A stretch of 24,758 bases of DNA. Source: a virus (taxonomy: Duplodnaviria > Caudoviricetes). The notes below the pieces were generated by a model that was not told the origin of the DNA, did not search any database, and saw only the letters and a program-made list of their open reading frames with translations. This document shows positions 15,163-23,320 of the stretch, in pieces. The stretch covers positions 1 through 24,758 of IMG/VR virus record IMGVR_UViG_3300017704_000275, one strand, 5' to 3'. How positions within the stretch are numbered: position 1 is the first letter of the stretch; every line of letters begins with the position of its first letter. The position numbers and the translations under genes are program-made.

Positions 15163-16181
15163 GAAACTATTTTTTTACTAATAAGATCCATCAAATCTAA
15201 CACTCGGCAACTGTATCCAAACTCATTATCATACCATGCGAGTAATTTAAGGAACCTCTTATTAATAACTTTGGTAGATAAACAATCAACTATTGAGGAA
15301 AAGGGACTTCCAACATAATCAACTGAAACCAGTGGTTCACAGGAAACATCAATAATACCATTCATTTTACCCTTGGATTCTTTAACAAACATATCATGGA
15401 TCATATCAACAGTAACATCCTTTTCTAATTCTACTGATATATCCAATAATGAAACATCAGGTACCGGAACACGAATTGCCATACCATCTAGTTTTCCTTC
15501 TAATTCAGGAAGAACAATTCCTATATTCTTTGCTGCTCCTGTAGATGTTGGAATAATAGACATAGTTGCTGCTCGAGCTCTTCGTAAATCTGGATGGGAA
15601 GAATCAAGTAATGTCTGACCCATAGTATAAGAATGAATGGTTGTTACAGAACCATATTTAATACCAAAGTTCTTTTGAAGAATTTTGAGGAGAGGAGAAA
15701 GGCAGGTTGTTGTACATGAGGAGGTTGAAATAATATTTGTATCTTGTAACTTATATTCTGTTTCATTCACACCATAAATTAAAGTAGCATCAACATCTTT
15801 AGCTGGTGATGTTACAATAACATTCTTTGCACCAGCTTCTATATGTTGTTCAAGTGAATGTTTATCTGTAAACTTACCTGTTGAATCAACTACAATATCA
15901 ACTTCTAATTCTTTCCACGGAAGTTTACTAGGTGTTTTTCTGTCAAAATTTGGAATAGATTTTCCATTGAGGATTAAATTATCCAACTCATATGATACAT
16001 CACCATTAAAATGACCATGAATAGAGTCATACTTAAAAAGATGTGCACGAACTTCAACAGTTGTTCGGGCATTAATAGCTACAATATTGTAATTTTCATT
16101 GTCAATAAGTTTACGAATTAGACTTCTTCCAATCCGCCCAAATCCATTAAACGCTACATTGATCTTTTTGTTGTTTACCAT
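15135..16181 (-). CDS. gap: Type I glyceraldehyde-3-phosphate dehydrogenase
   Basis: NGFGRIGR, AHLFKYDSIHG, SSCTTTCL (catalytic Cys), TTIHSYT, DLRRARAA, PTSTGAAK, RVPV, AWYDNEFGYS.R. Confidence 0.95.
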   Translation of the reverse strand: MVNNKKINVAFNGFGRIGRSLIRKLIDNENYNIVAINARTTVEVRAHLFKYDSIHGHFNGDVSYELDNLILNGKSIPNFDRKTPSKLPWKELEVDIVVDSTGKFTDKHSLEQHIEAGAKNVIVTSPAKDVDATLIYGVNETEYKLQDTNIISTSSCTTTCLSPLLKILQKNFGIKYGSVTTIHSYTMGQTLLDSSHPDLRRARAATMSIIPTSTGAAKNIGIVLPELEGKLDGMAIRVPVPDVSLLDISVELEKDVTVDMIHDMFVKESKGKMNGIIDVSCEPLVSVDYVGSPFSSIVDCLSTKVINKRFLKLLAWYDNEFGYSCRVLDLMDLISKKIVSKSIQTKGL

Positions 16182-16689
16182 TTTTCCACCTCATTTCAAT
16201 TTCATCTTTATAACAATCAAAAAACCATTTCATATCACACAACCAATAATTTTTATACTTAACACCATCAAGTAAAAAATTACTTATATCACCAAACAAA
16301 TTCATATCAAAAAGTATATATGTTCCTTTCCTGGTAATTTTGATAAACAATATCCACAAATCATTTTCATTAGTTACATCATGTTCAACTTGGTCTATCC
16401 AAGTATCTAAAAGTGCTATACTATTATTTCCTATCAATAAATGAAAAGGAAAATCTGCATAATTTTTACATTCGGCTAAGAAGTAAGGATAATGTAATGG
16501 AGGAACAACATCACCCCTGGATAACTTTATCTGCTCTATTGAAAGATGTTCTTTTCTATATTCGTTCTTACCACCTACAAATGCTCCACTATTAGGAACT
16601 CTTATAAATGATTGTTTATACAAATCAGAAAGGAACAGGCAAACATCTCTCTCCCAACTCTTACCTTTATTTTTACTCTTTGAACTCAT
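16147..16689 (-). CDS. Hjc-like PD-(D/E)XK nuclease, putative Holliday junction resolvase
   Basis: SKNKGKSWERDV, F.RVPNSGAFVGG, GDVV, ECKNY. Confidence 0.75.
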   Translation of the reverse strand: MSSKSKNKGKSWERDVCLFLSDLYKQSFIRVPNSGAFVGGKNEYRKEHLSIEQIKLSRGDVVPPLHYPYFLAECKNYADFPFHLLIGNNSIALLDTWIDQVEHDVTNENDLWILFIKITRKGTYILFDMNLFGDISNFLLDGVKYKNYWLCDMKWFFDCYKDEIEMRWKNGKQQKDQCSV

Positions 16690-16853
16690 TAATAATTTTC
16701 ATCCTCATCATCCTCGAAATTTTCATCTCTAATATAAACCGTTGAACCACAAAATATACAAAACTTGGGTTCAGGCATATCTTCTTCTACCTCCATACAA
16801 AAATTATGACCACAGTTATCACAGTAAAATTTGCTTTCAAATTCTTCGTCCCT
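16689..16853 (-). CDS. Unannotated small zinc-ribbon protein (about 54 aa) lacking a canonical start codon
   Basis: xDEEFESKFYCDNCGHNFCMEVEEDMPEPKFCIFCGSTVYIRDENFEDDEDENY*. SD AGGAG, then 6 nt, then AGG where ATG is expected. TAATG coupling to the next gene. Confidence 0.7.
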   Translation of the reverse strand, partial: RDEEFESKFYCDNCGHNFCMEVEEDMPEPKFCIFCGSTVYIRDENFEDDEDENY

Positions 16854-16862
16854 ATGTAACTC

Positions 16863-18779
16863 CTAAGACATATCCACAAGTTCACACGAATTACCTGAGC
16901 AGGCCAATTCTTGACTACCAATAGTATTATCTTCTTTCTCGTATTCAGAAAGTTTATCCCAATCAATATTTTTTGGCATCAATTTAGACATTTTTTCATA
17001 TTCTTCTTTACCACATTCTTGATATGGGGCTTGCCTATAAGTATGATCAGAATGTGGTAAAAAAGAAACACCACCAATTTCATTAAAATTGCTATATACC
17101 CAAGCACCAACCTCAATCCATTCATGTTCTCTAACAGTAATAGTTACTGATGGATTATGTTCACACCAACTTGTATGATAGATTTTCCAAGTTTCAAGTT
17201 GTTCTATTGCTGTTTTATCATTCCTGAAAACAGAGTGTGATGGGGATTTAGTAGGAAAAGAAAATACATAAGTATTATCTGGTTTCGTGACATCATCCTC
17301 ACAAGGAACTCCTTGATCTTTCATAAATTGTGAAATTGGATCTTTCTTATCACACCGAACTGTTCTGATATAATAAGGAGAATGTCTTGTATGAATACCA
17401 GAAGAAGCATCAACCAATTGTGAAACTGTACCTGATGGTTTCACACAGGTAACTGCAGCTGCTGGATTAATTCCAATAGCTTTAGCATACTCCGAATTTA
17501 TTTTAACAGAATACTTATTCAATTCTCCCAACATATCATCTAATTTACCATTCTTATTTTCATATGTTAGTGGGTTATCCATAATACCTGTCATAGAAAC
17601 ACCAAGTAATGCTTCTTCTTTACAATTCTTTGCCCATTCACTACTAATATATTTAAAATCTATAAGTGTTGCTTGAAAAGTACCTAAAATTGTTGCGAGT
17701 CTAACTTTCTCTTTTATTGTCTTTTCAGTATCATGTTCTCTTACAATGATTTCAGATAAATTACAAAACTCACGATCCCTTAGAATTATTTCAGCACAAG
17801 GATTGAGTAAAAAATCATGATCAGGGTCTCTACGATCACCAAGTCTTTTTACTTGTTTTTTCAAAGCATTTCTATTTACAATACCACGTTCACCTGATTT
17901 ACTTTCAATCAGGGATAACCATTCTTTAAGAAAAATGTTTACATCAGGTGGCTCAGTATAAACGACAGAATTATTAGCCAATGCTCTATGAGGTGTCTCC
18001 ATCCACCATTGACCTGATTTTGCTTTTCTCATTCGTTCATCTGTAAGATTAGACAAAGAGATTAATGCTGATCTACGAACACCACCAACTACAACTATCT
18101 CTGCAATCTTACACATAATATCATGACACTCAATAGAAGATAATTTTCTACCTCTTGCAATCTTAAAAGTTTCAGCAGTAAAACGAAATAAACTTTCTAA
18201 TGGATCTGGCCCGGATGCACGACCACCGAAAGTTTTTAATCGTTCACCTTTCGGTCTTATTTTAGAAGTATCCCACTTAGGGATATGACCAGCGTATAGA
18301 AGTGAAATTAATTCTTTAAATGATTTTGACCAACCAAGTTTACTATCAGTAACATGAATAGTAGTATCTGATGGATAAAGTTCTTCTGGAACTTCTGGTA
18401 GTTTTTCTACTTCTCTCCGTTCTACAGAGAATCCCATTCCAGTACCATTCATCAAAACATACATAGCTTCATCAAAGGCTCGGATCCGATTTACAGTAAC
18501 TGCTGCACAATTATAACCTGCAATATTATCACGTTCCAAAGCTGGCCCAGCAGTCATTAATGCTCTCATGGATGGCATAATTTCCATGTTCAATACTGCC
18601 GATTCAAGTTCTTTTCTTTCCTTCATTTTCCAATCAAATTTTTCTTTGAGGTGTTTCTCAAAGAAATCAAAATATCGCTTTACTGTTTCTTCCCAATTCT
18701 CTCTTCGGTTTTCCGTTTCCAACCAGCGGGCATATCTACTTTTGTGTATGTATTTTTGATAATCAGTCATTTCTACCAT
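16863..18779 (-). CDS. nrdJ: Class II (adenosylcobalamin-dependent) ribonucleotide reductase, monomeric RTPR type
   Basis: SRYARW, MPSMRALMTAG, YNC, VVGGVRRSALISLS, NPCAEI (thiyl radical Cys), TCVKPSGTVSQL, C-terminal ACSGNSCE; no beta subunit adjacent. Start moved to 18779 (GAAAGGA SD). Confidence 0.92.
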   Translation of the reverse strand: MVEMTDYQKYIHKSRYARWLETENRRENWEETVKRYFDFFEKHLKEKFDWKMKERKELESAVLNMEIMPSMRALMTAGPALERDNIAGYNCAAVTVNRIRAFDEAMYVLMNGTGMGFSVERREVEKLPEVPEELYPSDTTIHVTDSKLGWSKSFKELISLLYAGHIPKWDTSKIRPKGERLKTFGGRASGPDPLESLFRFTAETFKIARGRKLSSIECHDIMCKIAEIVVVGGVRRSALISLSNLTDERMRKAKSGQWWMETPHRALANNSVVYTEPPDVNIFLKEWLSLIESKSGERGIVNRNALKKQVKRLGDRRDPDHDFLLNPCAEIILRDREFCNLSEIIVREHDTEKTIKEKVRLATILGTFQATLIDFKYISSEWAKNCKEEALLGVSMTGIMDNPLTYENKNGKLDDMLGELNKYSVKINSEYAKAIGINPAAAVTCVKPSGTVSQLVDASSGIHTRHSPYYIRTVRCDKKDPISQFMKDQGVPCEDDVTKPDNTYVFSFPTKSPSHSVFRNDKTAIEQLETWKIYHTSWCEHNPSVTITVREHEWIEVGAWVYSNFNEIGGVSFLPHSDHTYRQAPYQECGKEEYEKMSKLMPKNIDWDKLSEYEKEDNTIGSQELACSGNSCELVDMS

Positions 18780-18790
18780 ATTATATCCTT

Positions 18791-19666
18791 TCAAATATTT
18801 ATTTTCTCTTTCAATTCTACCCACTCTCGTTTACTCAATCCAAAATCTTTTTCTTTACTAATCTCGTCCATGTAACTTATAATATTCTGACAATATCCTG
18901 ATGAATGTTGCATTAAAGGAAAATTATCAAAAACATATTTTAATACATTCATTTCCATTCTACTTAGTGTAGAAGAATTATATATATAATCTTCAAACGC
19001 TTCTGTTGCTATTGGCACTTCTGGTTTCACCATTTCATACATTACTTTAGCGTAATCTTGTATTTCTTGTTGAGCATGATCATCCATTCTTAGACGACAA
19101 AAATGAAAAAAGTTGTGCAAGTCTATCTTCCAGTAACACTCTGTATAGTTTGATACTGGTAAAACGGTTCTTGCCAACTCTCTTGATAAACCACCAGATG
19201 TTGATTCATTACCAATCAAAAACTTATAAGCATACTTAGCCTTAGTAGTTATCTCATGTATTCTCTGCTTATAACTTTGTTTCCACGCATCAGAAAGTTC
19301 ACCACCTCTACCTTGTTTATTAGTTTGAGATTGTGGTTGAATATAATCATCACTTGGCTCATAAAAATCATCCGACATTATAGAATATCTTCCAGAATAT
19401 TCATTGAGGGATGCTGTTCGATGTCTCACCAACTGCCTCATAACAAAGATGGGAAGCTTGAGATGGAATTTAACTTCTACCATCTCAAGCGGTGAGGTGT
19501 GTTTATGTCTTACAAGGTAACGAATCAAACCTTTATTGTCGGATGCAGTCCGTGTACCCTTTCCATAGGATACACGAGCCGCATCTGCAATTGAATCATC
19601 ATCACCCATTATGTCAATTAATCTTACAAATCCGTGCTTATGTAACTTTCTCTCTTTTATTTCCAT
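18791..19666 (-). CDS. thyX: Flavin-dependent thymidylate synthase
   Basis: AARVSY, H.SPLE, RQLVRHRTASLNEYSGRY signature, ELARTVLP, LR...HAQ.EI. Start moved to 19666 (GGAG SD). Confidence 0.96.
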   Translation of the reverse strand: MEIKERKLHKHGFVRLIDIMGDDDSIADAARVSYGKGTRTASDNKGLIRYLVRHKHTSPLEMVEVKFHLKLPIFVMRQLVRHRTASLNEYSGRYSIMSDDFYEPSDDYIQPQSQTNKQGRGGELSDAWKQSYKQRIHEITTKAKYAYKFLIGNESTSGGLSRELARTVLPVSNYTECYWKIDLHNFFHFCRLRMDDHAQQEIQDYAKVMYEMVKPEVPIATEAFEDYIYNSSTLSRMEMNVLKYVFDNFPLMQHSSGYCQNIISYMDEISKEKDFGLSKREWVELKEKINI

Positions 19667-19814
19667 TATCATCTCCAAAAAGTACAATTCTCATATCTTG
19701 AAATGCATGCTTCTTATGCAATGCTTCACTAGTTACTGCGTCTTGTTCTATATTTGCATAACGATTAATCATCTCACTTAAATATTCTTCTGTTTGTTCT
19801 TCTGTTAAAAGCAT
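19638..19814 (-). CDS. Unannotated hypothetical protein (58 aa)
   Basis: AAGGAG-ACAAC-ATG; MLLTEEQTEEYLSEMINRYANIEQDAVTSEALHKKHAFQDMRIVLFGDDNGNKREKVT*; fills the primase-thyX gap and is below the ORF-track cutoff. Confidence 0.72.
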   Translation of the reverse strand: MLLTEEQTEEYLSEMINRYANIEQDAVTSEALHKKHAFQDMRIVLFGDDNGNKREKVT

Positions 19815-19823
19815 GTTGTCTCC

Positions 19824-20816
19824 TTAGCATTTAGACCACCGAGAGAGTTGAAATTCTGCTTGCAGACCTGAATATGTATTAGTATCTATGACGCTCACGA
19901 TTTCTTCGCTTGACATTCCTTTCATAACCATATCATTAATATCCTTTTCCCTTATATTATCAGGCCAAATACAAACACTATAACCATTAATAATAAGTTT
20001 GTTTATTGCCTCCTTTATTTGTTTATTTCGTTTTTCATTATCTAAAATTATTACACTACTCAATCCGACACCTTTAAAGTTTAAACCAGCTATTGCTAAG
20101 CAATTTGGTAAAAATAAACTATCCAAAGGGCCCTCAACACAATACTGTTTTTTATTAATATCAAGTCTTTCTTGACCGAATATTAAATTTTCGACCCCTT
20201 CTAATTTAATTGTTATGTATTTACATTGGTCTTTTGGATCAAACGACCTACCCTGATAACCAATAACATTATTGTCACTATCAAAAAACGGAATCACTAA
20301 TCTAGGTGTATCTTGTTTCAACGACCGAAATTTATTTGGGATAATTTTATTAGTCCACTCTTTAAATTTCGTACAAAAATAAAGCTTACTAAAATACTTT
20401 TCTGGTATTTGTCTTTTTTTTAAGTAAAGTTTTGCTGGGTGTTGGTCTGGTAAGGAATCAATAGTTGATAGTCCTTGTAAAATACGGTTGAATTTTGGTG
20501 TGAAGTTGAATTTTGGAATGATTTGATTTGGTTCACTTTGCTTCTCCTTGTATCGTTCAGTAATATAATCTTTATGTAAAACAGGATGTACTTTTTCTAA
20601 AAACTTACCAAAAGTGGTTCCGTAGTCACAGTTATGACAACGGTAAAAGTATTTATTACCCTTTTCATATATAAAACCACGTCGCTTGTTCTGGTGTTTC
20701 TCCGAATCACCACATATCGGACATCTGAAATTCCAAAGGTTGTGATGGTTCTGTTTAAATCGTTCTAATGTTGGTGATAATAATTGTATATATTTTACAT
20801 CAATATAAGCGCTCAC
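19824..20816 (-). CDS. gp61: T4-like DNA primase gp61
   Basis: YID.KY, NFRCPICGDS.K...K.RG, CHNC zinc finger, PRLVIPF, QGRS, KYITI, VEGPLDSLFLPN, DNE.RN, KDINDM. Likely GTG start at 20816 (GAGG SD). Confidence 0.96.
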   Translation of the reverse strand: MSAYIDVKYIQLLSPTLERFKQNHHNLWNFRCPICGDSEKHQNKRRGFIYEKGNKYFYRCHNCDYGTTFGKFLEKVHPVLHKDYITERYKEKQSEPNQIIPKFNFTPKFNRILQGLSTIDSLPDQHPAKLYLKKRQIPEKYFSKLYFCTKFKEWTNKIIPNKFRSLKQDTPRLVIPFFDSDNNVIGYQGRSFDPKDQCKYITIKLEGVENLIFGQERLDINKKQYCVEGPLDSLFLPNCLAIAGLNFKGVGLSSVIILDNEKRNKQIKEAINKLIINGYSVCIWPDNIREKDINDMVMKGMSSEEIVSVIDTNTYSGLQAEFQLSRWSKC

Positions 20817-20817
20817 T

Positions 20818-21921
20818 TTATTCCTCTCTATAATAACTCCCAAAAGTTGTACTCAATACGTCTTTCCAATTAACACTTTCTTGTTTCACATACCCACGTT
20901 GTGGTAATTTACATTTCAAATACAACTCTACCATTGCTAACATACCTATCGCTGTCGTATATTCTATTGCTGTCATATATCTACCGTTAATAATTTCAGG
21001 TTTAAAAACTTTATAATACGCTCTTTCTTTATAGTCAAGTTCATTATAATCATAACCACCGATTGTACTATATATAATAACTTCATCTTTTCTTGTTGTT
21101 GGGATATGTTCTTTAAAAATTCTTGTGAGTTCTTGTTGCGAAAGATTTAGATCATTAAAAAGAAAATCGACATAATCATGATGTCCTACTCTTCTTAATG
21201 TTTTGTAATCAGCATTCATTACTTGGTGTGTTTCAGAAAGAGTTTTAGCAAATGTTCCAATACCACCTGAAGTATGAAAGGCTTCATACTCATGACCATC
21301 AATAGTTATTTTTTCATAACCAGATAAAGCCTCTACTTCGTCATAAAATCCATCATGAACTACTTGGCACTTGCCCTTATATTCGTTGACAAGTCCATCA
21401 CCACTCCACGAACTATGATATCTTAATTTATTCGTAGCGTTTTGTGATAATGCTCCAACTCTAATTTTTACATTAGAACAGGTATTAAATTTAGTAACTA
21501 AATGATTTGTTATAACAGTAGAAAGACCAGGAGCTAAACCACAATGTGGCATAGTGAAAGGTATATTTTTTAAACCTATAATATAATTATCTAATCGCTC
21601 ATCTTCGGATAAATCAAAATATGGAACATCAGCATTATAACAAGATTCAAATAAATCTATATTTTTTGTATAAGGGAGTGCGTTAATGATAAGAGTTTTA
21701 TCTTTAACAAATTCATTAAACTGTACAGATTTACCAGTTCCGTCTGGTTCATATGTTGGTTTGGTAATTTTCAGTTTAACAAAATTATCACCAAAGTGTT
21801 CTTTATCGGTTTGATCGGCAATAGAAACTTTATATGAATTACTACTTACTAACAATTCGTAAATAGCGGTTCCTATTTTCCCCGCACCAACAATTCCTAT
21901 ATGTATTTTTTCGTCATTCAT
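20818..21921 (-). CDS. Saccharopine dehydrogenase family protein, lysine 6-dehydrogenase-like
   Basis: Rossmann GIVGAGKIG, INALPY, YFDLSED, CGLAPG, RVGAL, WS.DGLVNEY, YEAFHTSGG.GT, YKTLR..GH, TAIEYTTA. Confidence 0.85.
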   Translation of the reverse strand: MNDEKIHIGIVGAGKIGTAIYELLVSSNSYKVSIADQTDKEHFGDNFVKLKITKPTYEPDGTGKSVQFNEFVKDKTLIINALPYTKNIDLFESCYNADVPYFDLSEDERLDNYIIGLKNIPFTMPHCGLAPGLSTVITNHLVTKFNTCSNVKIRVGALSQNATNKLRYHSSWSGDGLVNEYKGKCQVVHDGFYDEVEALSGYEKITIDGHEYEAFHTSGGIGTFAKTLSETHQVMNADYKTLRRVGHHDYVDFLFNDLNLSQQELTRIFKEHIPTTRKDEVIIYSTIGGYDYNELDYKERAYYKVFKPEIINGRYMTAIEYTTAIGMLAMVELYLKCKLPQRGYVKQESVNWKDVLSTTFGSYYREE

Positions 21922-21928
21922 GATATAT

Positions 21929-21962
21929 ATTATACTAAATTAAAATTAATAATACAAGGAAG
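21929..21962 (-). promoter_or_regulatory. Sigma70-like (early) promoter P4, probably giving a leaderless transcript
   Basis: CTTCC-TTGTAT (21957-21952), 17 bp, TATAAT (21934-21929), 7 nt, ATG (21921). Confidence 0.85.
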
Positions 21963-21963
21963 A

Positions 21964-22332
21964 TTATCTTAACTTGACGTTTGCTTGGAAAATATAGCCA
22001 ATAAGAGTAGCTATTGTGATAATACCACCATAAATAACCGCTTTCCATTTCTCTAAAGCTGACATTCTCACATCAAGTTTAGCAAACTTATCAAGTATTT
22101 CTTTATGAATTCGCTGTTGAAATTCGGTCTCTGTAGCAATATGGTTATCCATTCTATCATTGACCTTTTGAATCTTTTCGCTTTGTTCCTTGTGCTTTGT
22201 TGAAATATGTGTTTTTAAAAACTCTGTATCTTTATCTTGTTCAGTTATTCTATATTCTAAATGATCTATATCTTTTCCTAAAGTTACAAACGACGCATCA
22301 CAAATCTTTTGTTGCTCTTTGTCCATGGGCAT
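21964..22332 (-). CDS. Coiled-coil protein with a C-terminal TM helix (possible holin/XhlA-like lysis protein)
   Basis: Heptad-rich body ending RMSALEKWK-AVIYGGIITIATLIGYIF; TAATG-coupled to the upstream lipoprotein. Confidence 0.55.
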   Translation of the reverse strand: MPMDKEQQKICDASFVTLGKDIDHLEYRITEQDKDTEFLKTHISTKHKEQSEKIQKVNDRMDNHIATETEFQQRIHKEILDKFAKLDVRMSALEKWKAVIYGGIITIATLIGYIFQANVKLR

Positions 22333-22550
22333 TAGTTACATCTTCCTTCTTGACAGTCTTGAAGTTGTTTTAAAAGTGAATTTTCTGTATCAAAACGATC
22401 TTTCAACCATTTTGGTGTTACTTCATAATTACCATTATCTAATTTACTTATTTGGCTCTCCCCTACCACTCTTACCTGCCCTTGCGCGGTCAGACATCCA
22501 CTCAAACATAGTGTCAATATTATCAACATCACCATCTGCCAATGCATCAT
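22332..22550 (-). CDS. Lipoprotein, putative o-spanin (Rz1-like)
   Basis: MMHWQMVMLIILTLCLSG-C lipobox (Cys19); the 5' half is embedded in a different frame of 22444-22665; extra C-terminal Cys residues. Confidence 0.65.
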   Translation of the reverse strand: MMHWQMVMLIILTLCLSGCLTAQGQVRVVGESQISKLDNGNYEVTPKWLKDRFDTENSLLKQLQDCQEGRCN

Positions 22551-22665
22551 CCATTTTCTTTTTTCGTTCTTGAAACTCTTTAAAGCTTGGTTTTGGTTTG
22601 TTTTTTTGTATACGATCATAAATATTTAACCCCGTAGATAGAATGTTACCGATCATTGAAAACAT
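22444..22665 (-). CDS. Small protein overlapping the lipoprotein gene, putative i-spanin (Rz-like)
   Basis: AAGGA SD; N-terminal amphipathic segment then charged helices; 107-bp out-of-frame overlap with the lipoprotein. Confidence 0.55.
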   Translation of the reverse strand: MFSMIGNILSTGLNIYDRIQKNKPKPSFKEFQERKKKMDDALADGDVDNIDTMFEWMSDRARAGKSGRGEPNK

Positions 22666-22667
22666 TT

Positions 22668-22871
22668 TTATTCTTCCTTTTTATTTTTAGTTGCCTTAAT
22701 AAACAAATCTCTTTTAAACATTGGATTTGTATCTTCAAATGCATCTGCAAAACTGGTCGCAATACTTTTCTTAATAGTAGTATTAACATCCAATTTTGCA
22801 ATTACATCAGCTATCAACTGAAAATGTTGACGAGACATTTTTGCTTCTGTTATATTTTTAAAAGATTTCAT
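22668..22871 (-). CDS. Small hypothetical protein with a T4-type capsid-targeting-like N-terminus
   Basis: MKSFKNITEA resembles the T4 internal-protein leader MKTYQEFIAE; ATGA overlap. Confidence 0.65.
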   Translation of the reverse strand: MKSFKNITEAKMSRQHFQLIADVIAKLDVNTTIKKSIATSFADAFEDTNPMFKRDLFIKATKNKKEE

Positions 22872-23320
22872 TTTTTCTCCTTCTTCTTTACCATAATACC
22901 TGATTTACTTCCATCAGATTTAGAATACTTTCTTAAATAAAGCATGTGTCCTGATTTTTCATGTTGAACAATAATAGATTTTTTGGGATTCTTTTTTGCG
23001 TAAGCATAAATACGTTTACCTATATCTGAATCTGTATCAATATGTTTAGCCCACCTAGAAAATTTACTTTTACCAAATTTACATTTTGAAAAATCCTCAT
23101 TACCAACTTTAAAAACTGGCATACTTGCGAATGTTGCATCAGGTGTTATTACATCTGGTATTTTAACAGGAGCTTCAACATCTTCTTTATAATCTTTTTT
23201 CTTTTTCTTTTTACGTTTTAAGAATGCCATCTTTTTTGTACTAACACTATTATCATCACCAGTTCCGACTACAGCAGAACCAGTTGCGTTTGTGGGTGCT
23301 TCTTCATTTTTCCTTTTCAT
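22868..23320 (-). CDS. Hypothetical protein of a kind seen in T4-like phages
   Basis: EEAPTNATGSAVVGTGDD motif, Lys-rich tract, YAKKNPKKSIIVQ.E..G.M.YLR. Start moved to 23320 (GGAG SD). Confidence 0.7.
   Translation of the reverse strand: MKRKNEEAPTNATGSAVVGTGDDNSVSTKKMAFLKRKKKKKKDYKEDVEAPVKIPDVITPDATFASMPVFKVGNEDFSKCKFGKSKFSRWAKHIDTDSDIGKRIYAYAKKNPKKSIIVQHEKSGHMLYLRKYSKSDGSKSGIMVKKKEKK

Noticed and set aside
5247-21921. Bacterial chromosome or host contamination to explain gap, aldH, htrA, sbmA and the LysDH-like gene
   Set aside because: These genes are interleaved with, and often overlap, T4-like core genes, and they share the same strand, AT-rich composition and promoter motif.
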